A stretch of DNA of 28,135 nucleotides, from positions 1 to 28,135 of the forward strand of contig JAZQAZ010000012.1 in the NCBI GenBank assembly GCA_045545475.1, written 5' to 3'. The notes below the pieces were generated by a model. That model saw nothing but the letters and a program-made list of their open reading frames with translations, searched no databases and was not told where the DNA came from. Source of the DNA: Clostridia bacterium. GTDB lineage: Bacteria > Bacillota > Clostridia > CAKSNL01 > HGM11501. Each line of letters begins with the position of its first letter. Position 1 is the stretch's first letter. Positions 1 through 9,225 of this stretch are shown here, piece by piece. A program made the translations under genes and the position numbers.

Positions 1-231
1 CTTAAAGTGTTCTGCCACCTTTTCAACATCGTTTTCAGACCAGAGTGTTTCAACATCGATAACACCCTTAAGGTCAACAAAGCTTATATGCTCTGTCGCA
101 TAATGCTCCTTGATGTAGGCAACAGTCTGTCTTCCTCTCTCTTCTGCAACCTCCCAGTTAAAGATACCGGGACGGGGAGTACAGTCACGTCTTAAGGGAA
201 CAAGTCCTATTTTCACATTGTAATCAAGCAT
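1..231 (-). CDS. L-fucose/L-arabinose isomerase family protein, N-terminal part (runs off the window edge)
   Basis: Not in the ORF track. Manual translation from ATG at 231, with AGGAGG at 238-243 on the minus strand, gives MLDYNVKIGLVPLRRDCTPRPGIFNWEVAEERGRQTVAYIKEHYATEHISFVDLKGVIDVETLWSENDVEKVAEHFK, open to base 1. It resembles the N-terminus of clostridial FucI-like isomerases. Confidence 0.6.
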   Translation of the reverse strand, partial: MLDYNVKIGLVPLRRDCTPRPGIFNWEVAEERGRQTVAYIKEHYATEHISFVDLKGVIDVETLWSENDVEKVAEHFK

Positions 232-360
232 AGTATACCTCCTGATAGTGAATTTATTTTAACGCATAAAACTTCTAATATATTTTACACCGTAAACGCA
301 TTTTTTCAATGTATAAAACGCCAGAAAAATTGTATATTTCGATTTGTTTTAAGCATTTTC

Positions 361-389
361 ATTATACTATTTCCCCGACAAAAAGTCAA
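361..389 (-). promoter_or_regulatory. sigmaA-type promoter towards the isomerase gene
   Basis: Minus strand TTGACT (389-384), 17-bp spacer, TATAAT (366-361). Confidence 0.6.
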
Positions 390-491
390 TTAAAAATCAA
401 AGCTTTACGTAAAATGCTTATACGTAGTTTTTTCTTATAAAACATTCCGAGAAATAAATACGAAAAAAAGGAAAATAAAACGCCTAAACCC

Positions 492-520
492 TTGATTTTT
501 CTACATTTCTGTGATAAAAT
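492..520 (+). promoter_or_regulatory. sigmaA-type extended -10 promoter of the polysaccharide operon
   Basis: TTGATT (492-497), 17-bp spacer, TGa-TAAAAT (512-520), about 85 bp upstream of the first ATG. Confidence 0.6.
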
Positions 521-528
521 TAAGATAG

Positions 529-546
529 TATGCAATTTTTTGCATA
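529..546. promoter_or_regulatory. Palindrome just downstream of the predicted start site (candidate operator)
   Basis: TATGCAA-tttt-TTGCATA, perfect 7-bp arms. Confidence 0.35.
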
Positions 547-557
547 TTAATGAAGAA

Positions 558-579
558 AAAATCTGCCGGGGCAGATTTT
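558..579. promoter_or_regulatory. Perfect inverted repeat in the 5' leader (RNA hairpin or operator)
   Basis: AAAATCTGCC-gg-GGCAGATTTT, 10-bp arms. Confidence 0.4.
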
Positions 580-604
580 GAGATACAGGAAAGAAGATGT
601 AAAA

Positions 605-2899
605 ATGGCAACAACTTATGAAAGAAAAAGAAGGAAGCACAGCAACATATTATACACAATTATTACCGCTGTATTAATATGTGCGGTCGTTTTCGCCATG
701 GTTGGAAACTTCTACCTTCTGGCAGAGAACGATGCTTATGAGATGCTACATCTGCAGACAAAGCAAATCAAGGATGACCTTACCTTGCAGCTTAAATCCG
801 ACAGAGAAAATCTCGTAACCATGGCAAACTTTGCTTCAAAGCTCTATTCCGATGGCGATGACTACAGCTTAATGTTCGAATCCTTCAAGCCTATCGGCCT
901 GCTTTCAAACATCGGAATACTTAATCCCGACAATACCTTTGTTACCAAAATGGGAGAAATAGACCTTTCAGGCAAAATCAGCTTTTCCGAAGAAGCACTC
1001 CGCGGAGAATACATAACAGGCAGAGTGGCCGACCTTACTAGAGATGGAGAGGAAATCATAAGAACCGCCGTTCCGATTAAGTCAAACGGAGAAACCGTGG
1101 GGATTTTATACGGTGTAATCCGCCTTGATGTAATAGGAGAAAAATATGTAAATATGGCAAGGGAACTTGACGCACAGCTTTTCGTGTACGATAAAGCAAC
1201 CGGAAAATTTGTGATAGACACAATAAGCAAGATTCCCGGTGAGCTCAAAAGCTTCAAGGACAGGGAGTTCAATAGCGGTTACACATACGAAGACTTTGAA
1301 AACAATGACAGCGGCTTTTCATCCTTTAAATCAAAATTTACCGGAGAGGATCTTTACATCCATTATTCCACCTTAGAGGATTTTGACTGGGGAATTATGC
1401 TCGCCCGCTATGAATCCCAGGTATTTGCAGAAACTCACGTAATATCCAGAAACTTGCTTTTCGCCTTTGGTGCAATCCTCATAATTCTAACAGTTTACCT
1501 TAACATTATTATGCAAAAGGAGAAAAACAGAAGAAAGTTAAACGAAGAGTCTTCCGAAATAAGAAAGCTTCTTCTCGAAATAAATCAACAGCACGAAAGT
1601 ATTACCTCCGCTCTTAAGAGAATAAAGGAATTTACCTCTTCCCGCTCCGCATTTTTTGCAGACACCGACGGAGAGGACCATCACTATATCAAACCTTCGC
1701 TTTCCGACATGCTTCTTATGGGCGAAGACAGAACATATTTCATCGGTGAGCTTTTCAGATATGCCGCCAACATAAATGCAGAAAAGCTTCCCATCGGATT
1801 TATGCAGATTCTTCCCAACAACCATCTTTTAAAAACAAATCCCGAGCTTTATCAGTTTTTAACTGTTCACGGAATAGACGATGTATCCTTTGCAATATTG
1901 TCAGATAAGAATAATCATGTCAGCATCCTCGGCACAATAAACCCGAAAAAAAGCTCTATGGTAAGAAGACTTATTGCAGATATTGCAGTATGTTTCTCCA
2001 TTGCGATATTCAACAAAAAGCACCTTAACAAAACTGTTCTTGCCGCAACTACCGACGCTCTTACGGGTGCTCTTAACCGAGTTGCGTACAAGAAGGACAT
2101 TCTGACTTTTGACGAAGAAAAGCCTGAAAATTTCTCCTGCATTTATATAGATGTCAACGAGCTTCATATAAGAAACAACAAATACGGCCATGCCGCAGGC
2201 GATGAGATGCTTATTTATATAGCCAATTCCCTGAAAGAAGTGTTCTTCGGCCATCACATCTACCGTATGGGCGGAGACGAATTTTTAGTATTTGCAGAAA
2301 ACACATCACACGAAAATATCAAAAATGATATAGAAACATTTATAAGCCATCTTAACCCCAGAGGCTATCATGTTGCCATCGGAACTTCCTTCAGAAGCCG
2401 TAATACCAACTGCGAGGAAATGGTGCACGAGGCCGAGGTCAGAATGTATGAGGCAAAAGCCGAATATTATCAGAAAAAAGAAAACACAAGCATAGCAAAG
2501 GATGCGGACAATTACAGCCAGATAAAAACCGGCATCAGCGAAATCGACACCATGATTTCCGTTCTCAAGGAACACTATAACGGAATCTATAAGGTTTCTC
2601 TTGTAACCGATAAGGCACACAGGATTCTTATGCCCGCTTATCTTGGCTACAGCGAAAACGAGGACCATTTCTCAAACCTCCTGAAAACATACATAAATGA
2701 GATTGTGCATCCGGACTCACACAGAGCGGTTACAAACTTCCTTAACTATGATGCAATAAGAAGACTTATCTCAGAAGGAACAACCCCTTCTATCACATAC
2801 AAAAAGGTAAATGGTGACTCCGTAACCTTAAGTGTATACAGCCTTACGGAAGATACCGATAATGTAAGCGATACCCTTTGGGTATTTGCAAAAGCCTGA
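605..2899 (+). CDS. Membrane sensor diguanylate cyclase (TM - Cache-like - TM - GAF-like - GGDEF - C-terminal PAS-like)
   Basis: Two hydrophobic helices flank an extracytoplasmic domain. Motifs TDALTGALNR, DVNELHIRNNKYGHAAGD and intact RMGGDEF (GGDEF at 2270-2284). ATG 605 after AGGAAAG preferred to TTG 578. Confidence 0.9.
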   Translation: MATTYERKRRKHSNILYTIITAVLICAVVFAMVGNFYLLAENDAYEMLHLQTKQIKDDLTLQLKSDRENLVTMANFASKLYSDGDDYSLMFESFKPIGLLSNIGILNPDNTFVTKMGEIDLSGKISFSEEALRGEYITGRVADLTRDGEEIIRTAVPIKSNGETVGILYGVIRLDVIGEKYVNMARELDAQLFVYDKATGKFVIDTISKIPGELKSFKDREFNSGYTYEDFENNDSGFSSFKSKFTGEDLYIHYSTLEDFDWGIMLARYESQVFAETHVISRNLLFAFGAILIILTVYLNIIMQKEKNRRKLNEESSEIRKLLLEINQQHESITSALKRIKEFTSSRSAFFADTDGEDHHYIKPSLSDMLLMGEDRTYFIGELFRYAANINAEKLPIGFMQILPNNHLLKTNPELYQFLTVHGIDDVSFAILSDKNNHVSILGTINPKKSSMVRRLIADIAVCFSIAIFNKKHLNKTVLAATTDALTGALNRVAYKKDILTFDEEKPENFSCIYIDVNELHIRNNKYGHAAGDEMLIYIANSLKEVFFGHHIYRMGGDEFLVFAENTSHENIKNDIETFISHLNPRGYHVAIGTSFRSRNTNCEEMVHEAEVRMYEAKAEYYQKKENTSIAKDADNYSQIKTGISEIDTMISVLKEHYNGIYKVSLVTDKAHRILMPAYLGYSENEDHFSNLLKTYINEIVHPDSHRAVTNFLNYDAIRRLISEGTTPSITYKKVNGDSVTLSVYSLTEDTDNVSDTLWVFAKA

Positions 2900-2910
2900 C
2901 GGAGAAAGAG

Positions 2911-3288
2911 ATGCTGCAACTTATAAAATTCGGAATAGTGGGCGTTATTGCCGCAATCATTGATGTGGGAGTTTTGGTTATACTCAAGGAATTTTTCCTT
3001 GTTGATGTGCTCATCTCATCCGCTATCTCCTTTTGTGTTTCAGTTAGTGTAAACTATATCTTAAGCATGGCCTTTGTTTTTAAAAGCAAAACCGAAAATA
3101 AGATTAAGGAATTTGTTATTTTCTTTTTCTTAAGCGTCGGCGGTCTTTTGTTAAACCAGTTTATTTTGTGGATTGGTGTGAAATTTACCACCATCTATTA
3201 TCTGGCCGTAAAAATTTTCGCCATGATAATTGTTCCGGTTTATAATTTTATAACAAGAAAGATATTTCTTGAATCAAAAGAAAAATGA
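2911..3288 (+). CDS. gtrA: GtrA family lipid-linked sugar flippase
   Basis: About 125 aa with 4 hydrophobic segments; QLIKFGIVG, NYILSMAFVF, YNFITRKIF. GGAG RBS at 2901 before ATG 2911. Confidence 0.9.
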   Translation: MLQLIKFGIVGVIAAIIDVGVLVILKEFFLVDVLISSAISFCVSVSVNYILSMAFVFKSKTENKIKEFVIFFFLSVGGLLLNQFILWIGVKFTTIYYLAVKIFAMIIVPVYNFITRKIFLESKEK

Positions 3289-3298
3289 GCGTGAAAGC

Positions 3299-3841
3299 AT
3301 GAATTCTGTTTTTAAAAAAGACCTTTTCAGATATTACGGAAAAGACGGAGAACCGTTTCTTAAAAAGCTTTTCCGTCCTCTTGAAATAAAGTACATTTCC
3401 GTTTTCAGAAAAGCAAACCTTTGTAAATTTTTACCCTTGAAACTGTTTTATATGTTAAGGCTTTTTGCTCTTTCCAAAAAAACTCACATTCAAATTCCGG
3501 CAAGAACTTCTATCGGAGAAGGATTTTATATAGGTCATCTCGGCCGTGTTATTGTCCATCCCGACGCCGTTTTGGGCAAAAACATAAACATCGGCACCGG
3601 AGTAACCATAGGAGCAGAAAACCGGGGAAAGAGAAAGGGTGCTCCAAAAATTTCCGATAACTGTTGGATTGGAACAAACGCAGTTATAGTCGGAAACGTG
3701 AATATTGGAAGCGATGTTTTAATCGCTCCGTTAACCTATGTTAATTTCGACGTTCCCGATCACAGCATCGTAGTAGGAAATCCCGGAAAAATAATTCCCA
3801 GAGAAAACGCTACAAAAGATTATATCTGTAATCGTGTGTAA
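3299..3841 (+). CDS. Hexapeptide-repeat (serine acetyltransferase-like) O-acetyltransferase, probably acting on the polysaccharide
   Basis: IGEGFYIGH, IGTGVTIG, PKISDNCWIGTNAVIVGNVNIG, VVGNPGKI left-handed beta-helix repeats; short form typical of EPS loci. Confidence 0.85.
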   Translation: MNSVFKKDLFRYYGKDGEPFLKKLFRPLEIKYISVFRKANLCKFLPLKLFYMLRLFALSKKTHIQIPARTSIGEGFYIGHLGRVIVHPDAVLGKNINIGTGVTIGAENRGKRKGAPKISDNCWIGTNAVIVGNVNIGSDVLIAPLTYVNFDVPDHSIVVGNPGKIIPRENATKDYICNRV

Positions 3842-3868
3842 AACATATAAACCTTTGGAGGTGGCACC

Positions 3869-5374
3869 TTGGCAGGCAAAGACACAAGAATAAAGCACAA
3901 CGTAATTTCTTCTCTGATTTATCAGGTGGTATTAATATCTTTAAGTTTCCTTCTCCCGAGATTATATCTTGAAAATTTCGGTTCAGAAGTAAACGGTGTT
4001 CTTTCCACCATAAAGCAGATATTTACATATATGTGCTTACTCGAAGCAGGCGTTGGCCTTGCCACAACACAGGCACTTTACAAAAGAATCGGCGAAAAAA
4101 ATTACAAAAGTGCAAGTGCGGTTCTTTCCGCAACCCACAGCTATTATATTAAAACCGGCATAATTTATTCTGTCATCGTGCTTTTTATAGCCCTCTTTTA
4201 CGCATACGCCGTTCCCACATCAATTGACAGTAACATTTTGTTTTTAATTGTTTTATTAAACGCCGTTCCTTCAATTTTCAGCTATTTTGTTCAGGCAAAA
4301 TACAGAATACTTATGGAGGTTGACGGAAGAAAGTATATAATAAACAATTCGGAAACCGTACTGCAGCTTGCATCAAATATCGGCAAAATACTTGTTCTCC
4401 TTTTAACAGACAGCCTTATTCTAATCCAGCTTGTCTATTGTATAATTGCACTTATGCAACTTATATTCCTTTACTTTTATGCAAAAAACAGATATACCTG
4501 GCTTAATTTAAAGGAAAAACCGGACTTTGAAGCAATCTCGCAGAAGAACTCCGTTTTGGTGCATCAACTTTCCGGCATGGTATTTAACAATACCGATGTT
4601 TTGCTTATCTCTTTCCTTTGCGACTTTAAAGCCGTAAGCATCTACGCCATTTACAACATCTTCTTTTCTCAGGTGCAAAATTTCATAACAAGCATTGTTT
4701 CATCATTCACTTTTGCACTGGGGCAGATGTTTAATACCGACAGAGAAAAATTCGACAGAATGTATAATGTATATGAAACTTTTTACATAATGATAACCTT
4801 CCTCATATACACTCTTATGGCAGTATTCCTTCTTCCCCTCATACAGATTTACACCGGAGGAATAAACGATGCCGAATATACAAACACGCTCCTTTTACTG
4901 CTTTTTGTTATAATGAGTCTTTTGGCAAACAGCAAGCTTCCCGCAAACGGTATTATAGAGTATTCGGGGGATTTTGCAAAAACACGTTCATTTGCAATTT
5001 GGGAAATGATTATAAATCTCAGCTTTTCCGTTGTTTCAATTATATATTTCGGAATATGCGGTGCCCTGGCAGGAACAGTTGCTGCCCTTTTGTACCGAGG
5101 TATAGTGACAATTTACTATTCCAATAAAATGGTTTTAAAAAGAAAATTAATTTGCACATATAAAATCATATTTACCAACAGTGCGGTTTTCGCCCTGGTT
5201 ATGGCAATATTTTACGTGGATACCTTTTCCGGCCTTCCCTTTTTACAATTGTTGGTTAAAGGCATTATCCACTCCATATGGATTGCAGCTCTTTACCTGA
5301 TTGCAAACTTCATATTTAACAAAGCTGCTTTTAAAACGTTTTTTGAAATATACAGGGAGAAAAGAAACAAATGA
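3869..5374 (+). CDS. wzx: Wzx repeat-unit flippase (MOP/PST family)
   Basis: 501 aa with many TM segments; GSEVNG..LLEAGVG motif; TTG start after GGAGG. Confidence 0.85.
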   Translation: MAGKDTRIKHNVISSLIYQVVLISLSFLLPRLYLENFGSEVNGVLSTIKQIFTYMCLLEAGVGLATTQALYKRIGEKNYKSASAVLSATHSYYIKTGIIYSVIVLFIALFYAYAVPTSIDSNILFLIVLLNAVPSIFSYFVQAKYRILMEVDGRKYIINNSETVLQLASNIGKILVLLLTDSLILIQLVYCIIALMQLIFLYFYAKNRYTWLNLKEKPDFEAISQKNSVLVHQLSGMVFNNTDVLLISFLCDFKAVSIYAIYNIFFSQVQNFITSIVSSFTFALGQMFNTDREKFDRMYNVYETFYIMITFLIYTLMAVFLLPLIQIYTGGINDAEYTNTLLLLLFVIMSLLANSKLPANGIIEYSGDFAKTRSFAIWEMIINLSFSVVSIIYFGICGALAGTVAALLYRGIVTIYYSNKMVLKRKLICTYKIIFTNSAVFALVMAIFYVDTFSGLPFLQLLVKGIIHSIWIAALYLIANFIFNKAAFKTFFEIYREKRNK

Positions 5375-6105
5375 GTATTCCAAAAGTAATTCACTATTGC
5401 TGGTTTGGCAAAGGAAAAATGCCTCCCCTTTCCGAAAAGTGCATAAAAAGCTGGAAAAAGTACTGTCCGGAATATGAGATAGTCTGTCACAATGAAGACA
5501 ATTTTGATATTACGGAAAACCTGTATGCAAAGGAAGCCTATGAAGCCGGCAAATGGGCCTTTGTCAGCGATTATGTGAGGCTTAAGGTTTTGTATGAAGA
5601 AGGCGGAATTTATCTTGATACCGACGTTGAACTTATAAAGCCGCTTGATGCTTTGATTGCCGAAACAGGCTACATGGGGTTCGACGATAACGGCGTTATT
5701 TCAACGGGCCTTGGCTTTGCCGCAGAAAAGGGCAATGAGCTTGTCGGGCATCTGCTTTCTGACTATGACGACATATCCTTTATCCTTCCCGACGGAAGCT
5801 ATGATATGACGCCTTGCCCCGACAGAAACACACAAACCATGATTAAGCTTGGCTTCAATCCCGATATTAAGGATCAGGTATTTATGGGTATACACATGCT
5901 TCCCGAAGATTTCCTTTGTCCCGTAAAGTATTATACGGGAAAGAAGGTAATAACAAAAAACACCTGTTCAATCCATCATTTTTCTGCGTCGTGGACATCT
6001 GCCACGGCAAAACGTACACTTTTTATAAAACGTCTCGTAGGCGTAAAAATGTATGATAAATTATATGGAAAGTTCCTTCATAAATTCAAATGGCTGGAGT
6101 GGTAA
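5371..6105 (+). CDS. GT32 (Och1-like, DxD) glycosyltransferase
   Basis: IPKVIHYCWFG, WAFVSDYVRL, GGIYLDTDVE, HHFSASW. Confidence 0.92.
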   Translation: MSIPKVIHYCWFGKGKMPPLSEKCIKSWKKYCPEYEIVCHNEDNFDITENLYAKEAYEAGKWAFVSDYVRLKVLYEEGGIYLDTDVELIKPLDALIAETGYMGFDDNGVISTGLGFAAEKGNELVGHLLSDYDDISFILPDGSYDMTPCPDRNTQTMIKLGFNPDIKDQVFMGIHMLPEDFLCPVKYYTGKKVITKNTCSIHHFSASWTSATAKRTLFIKRLVGVKMYDKLYGKFLHKFKWLEW

Positions 6106-6107
6106 TT

Positions 6108-7658
6108 TTGCCGGAAAAAACACTTAAGAAACTCTATTCTTACATATTGCCCCAATGGAAGGTATGCTTTTTTTCCTCTCTCATAGTTGGGTTTATTGCA
6201 CATTTAATAAAAATAACCTCCTGGCTTCCCAACTGGGATTCTTTGGTTTTCAGATATAATTCCCAGAATATGATAGGCCTGGGTAGGTGGTTTTTACCCG
6301 TTGTCTGCTCAGTAAGTTCTTTTTACGACTTGCCATTTCTCAACGGTCTTTTTGCGATTTTATTCCACGCCCTCGGTGCAGTGATGATATGCAGAATACT
6401 TAATATAAGAAAAAAAGTCAGTGCGGCGTTAATCGGTGCAATAATCGTTTCTTTCCCGACGGTTACCTCTGTCCTTATGTATAACTACGTTGCCGACGGT
6501 TACGGTTTTTCCTTTTTCCTTTCGGTTCTTGCGGCATATTTTATGACAAAGGAAAAGCCTGGATACATTTTATCTTCTCTCCTTATCGCTTTATCGGTTG
6601 GAATTTACCAGGCATATATAACCGTTACAATAATGCTGGTTTTACTCAAATTAATCGACGAACTGGTTTATAACTCCAACAGCTGCTCCTGCGTTATAAA
6701 AAAGGCTTTGCATGCACTTTTTTCAGGAGCCATCGGAATAATTCTTTACGCTTTGATACTAAAGCTTTCTCTCAGTATTTTTTCAGCAGAACTTCTTGAC
6801 TATCAAGGCATAAACGAAGCATCTTCATTATCGGGAATTGATTTTGCAGCTTCCCTTTACAGAATCAAAGAAACCTTTATAAATTGCTTCTTTGATTTTT
6901 CAGAAGGTTTAAATATATTTGTTTTCTTAAATATTTTCGTCCTTATATTCACGTTAGTTTATTACATTAAACACATAATTAAAAGTGTGCTTTATAAAAA
7001 GCCGTTAAATATCCTTTTGCTTTTAATTCTTGGTGTTATGCTTATATTCGGTGCAGGAGCATTGGCTTTTATAAATGCCGGAGTAGACTATCACAATCTC
7101 ATGCTTATGGGCTACTCTGTCTTTTACCTCTTCTTCCTTATCATTTATGAGCGAGGCGAAGAAAAAAGCGAAAAGCACTCTTCTTTAAAGTGCTGGATTG
7201 TACTTATAACAGCACTGGCCATAATTTTAAATCAGGTAGTTATAGCGAATGTAAGTTACCACAAGGCTCAGATAGCCTATGAAAAATCCTATGGGATGCT
7301 CATCCGCATTGCAAACCGCATAGAAGAAACTCCCGATTCTGAAAACTGCGAAAGAATCCTGGTGATAGGTGCACTTTCTAAAAGCGAAGATTACAGCGTT
7401 AACCTGACACCCGATATTACCGGAATAACCGACGGATACATTTTAAGGGCAGACGACGAAACAGTTGGACAAAGCGTACTTACCAGTGCACTTAACGATT
7501 ACTGCGGTAAAAGCTACAGCTTTATAAGCGGCACGGAAAAAGACGAGTTTATGAAAAAAGAAGAAATAAAAGCCATGCCGTTATGGCCGCTTCAAGGTTC
7601 AGTTGCCGTGTTGGATGATACAGTTATTATCAAGCTTTCGGCGGAAGGTGAAAATTAA
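6108..7658 (+). CDS. GtrII-like polytopic GT-C glycosyltransferase (lipid-phosphate-sugar donor)
   Basis: Multiple TM helices; WD..GRW near the N-terminus; LSVGIYQAY; soluble C-terminal domain. Start TTG 6108 after GGAG (ORF track start 6090). Confidence 0.75.
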   Translation: MPEKTLKKLYSYILPQWKVCFFSSLIVGFIAHLIKITSWLPNWDSLVFRYNSQNMIGLGRWFLPVVCSVSSFYDLPFLNGLFAILFHALGAVMICRILNIRKKVSAALIGAIIVSFPTVTSVLMYNYVADGYGFSFFLSVLAAYFMTKEKPGYILSSLLIALSVGIYQAYITVTIMLVLLKLIDELVYNSNSCSCVIKKALHALFSGAIGIILYALILKLSLSIFSAELLDYQGINEASSLSGIDFAASLYRIKETFINCFFDFSEGLNIFVFLNIFVLIFTLVYYIKHIIKSVLYKKPLNILLLLILGVMLIFGAGALAFINAGVDYHNLMLMGYSVFYLFFLIIYERGEEKSEKHSSLKCWIVLITALAIILNQVVIANVSYHKAQIAYEKSYGMLIRIANRIEETPDSENCERILVIGALSKSEDYSVNLTPDITGITDGYILRADDETVGQSVLTSALNDYCGKSYSFISGTEKDEFMKKEEIKAMPLWPLQGSVAVLDDTVIIKLSAEGEN

Positions 7659-8525
7659 ATGATATATTTTTGTGCCGACGACTACGGCCTTTGCGAAAGT
7701 GCCTCAGCTCACATCAGGCAATGTGTTGATGAAGGTATTCTCAATAAAGTCAGCGTATTTCCCAATTTCGAAAAGGTCGATTTGATAAAATTAACAGAAA
7801 ATAAAAATATCAGGCTGTCACTTCACTTAAATCTTGTTGAGGGAAGATGCATGGCCGACACAGCCAAAATAGGTCTTATTGCCGATAAAGACGGAAACTT
7901 TCTTCACACCTTTGGCGGTCTTTTTAGCCTTTGGCTCTTTCACGGGAAAAAATTCCGCAAAGAAGTTTACGAAGAAATTAAGGCTCAAATTTCATACTGG
8001 ATGAGCATTTTACCAAAAGGCGTCCCCCTCTCCATTGACAGTCATCAGCATACTCACATGATTCCATCTGTGTTCGATGCCTTAATCAAGGTTCTTAATG
8101 ACGAAGGAATAAATCCCGAATATATAAGAATTCCTGCAGAACCGCTGCTTCCATACATAAAAACACCTTCGCTTTATTTCACTTACAGTCCCGTAAACAT
8201 AATAAAGCAATGGCTTTTGAAATTTCTGTGGCTGATTAATAAAACACGCACAAAGGAAAAAAACGTTCCGACAGCCCTCTTTTTCGGAATACTTTTTTCA
8301 GGAAAAATGGATGAAAAACGCGTAAACAAAATTCTTCCGGAATATAAAAAATTGGCCGATAAGAAGAAATGGGATATAGAGGTTTTGTTTCATCCCGGAT
8401 ACATGGACAAATCAAAACCTGACTTTAAGGAAAACCACATAGTTTTTGAAAATTTTTATTTATCAAAAGAAAGAAAGACAGAATTTGACTCTGCAATGAA
8501 TATATCAGAAAGAAGTGTTAAGTAA
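7659..8525 (+). CDS. YdjC/ChbG/HpnK family carbohydrate deacetylase
   Basis: ADDYG, SLHLNL, IDSHQHTH, EVLFHPG motifs. Confidence 0.9.
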   Translation: MIYFCADDYGLCESASAHIRQCVDEGILNKVSVFPNFEKVDLIKLTENKNIRLSLHLNLVEGRCMADTAKIGLIADKDGNFLHTFGGLFSLWLFHGKKFRKEVYEEIKAQISYWMSILPKGVPLSIDSHQHTHMIPSVFDALIKVLNDEGINPEYIRIPAEPLLPYIKTPSLYFTYSPVNIIKQWLLKFLWLINKTRTKEKNVPTALFFGILFSGKMDEKRVNKILPEYKKLADKKKWDIEVLFHPGYMDKSKPDFKENHIVFENFYLSKERKTEFDSAMNISERSVK

Positions 8526-9205
8526 TGGCTTATATCGATCAGGATAAAGTTGATGAAAAAACAAGGAAAAAGCTGGAAGAAATCATCGAAAAATCATATG
8601 CCACATTTTGGAGAAGCAAAAGACTTTTTGACATCTTTTTTGCCACATTGATTCTGCTGTTTTTCCTTCCATTGATGGTGATAATTGCAATTGTAATAGT
8701 AATTGACGATCCTTCAGCAGGCCCTTTTTACAAGCAGATAAGAGTAGGCCGTCACGGCGAGGAATTTTATATGTATAAATTCCGTACCATGAAGGCAAAT
8801 GCGGACAAGATGATTGATGAGCTTGCAAAGCAGAACGAAATGGACGGGCCTGTGTTCAAAATAAAGGACGATCCCAGAATAACAAGAGTGGGCAAATACT
8901 TAAGAAAGCTTTCTCTTGACGAGCTTATGCAGTTTTTCAACGTTTTGAAGGGCGATATGACATTGGTCGGCCCCAGACCTCCGCTGCCCAGAGAGGTTGA
9001 ACACTATACCGATTATCAGAGACTCAGACTCCTTGTTACTCCCGGTCTCACCTGCACCTGGCAGATTTCCAAAAACAGAAACGACATCCCCTTTGAACAA
9101 TGGGTTGAAATGGATATTGAATACATACAGACAAGAACCTATCTCAATGACATTAAGATAATGCTTAAAACTCCGATAGTAATGCTTACGGCTACCGGAA
9201 GATAA
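8525..9205 (+). CDS. Priming (polyprenyl-phosphate hexose-1-phosphate) transferase, short form
   Basis: KRLFDI, single TM, YKFRTM, DDPRITRVG, LDEL, LVGPRP, PGLTCTWQ; TAATG coupling to the upstream gene. Confidence 0.95.
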   Translation: MAYIDQDKVDEKTRKKLEEIIEKSYATFWRSKRLFDIFFATLILLFFLPLMVIIAIVIVIDDPSAGPFYKQIRVGRHGEEFYMYKFRTMKANADKMIDELAKQNEMDGPVFKIKDDPRITRVGKYLRKLSLDELMQFFNVLKGDMTLVGPRPPLPREVEHYTDYQRLRLLVTPGLTCTWQISKNRNDIPFEQWVEMDIEYIQTRTYLNDIKIMLKTPIVMLTATGR

Positions 9206-9225
9206 CAAATTTTGGAGTGAATAAA

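Noticed and set aside
521-604. c-di-GMP riboswitch in the operon leader
   Set aside because: The leader is short and I see no class I two-stem GNRA/receptor architecture or class II motif. A Rfam scan would settle it.
3299-3841. cysE (cysteine biosynthesis)
   Set aside because: It lacks the long N-terminal helical domain of housekeeping CysE, and the context favours a polysaccharide acetyltransferase.
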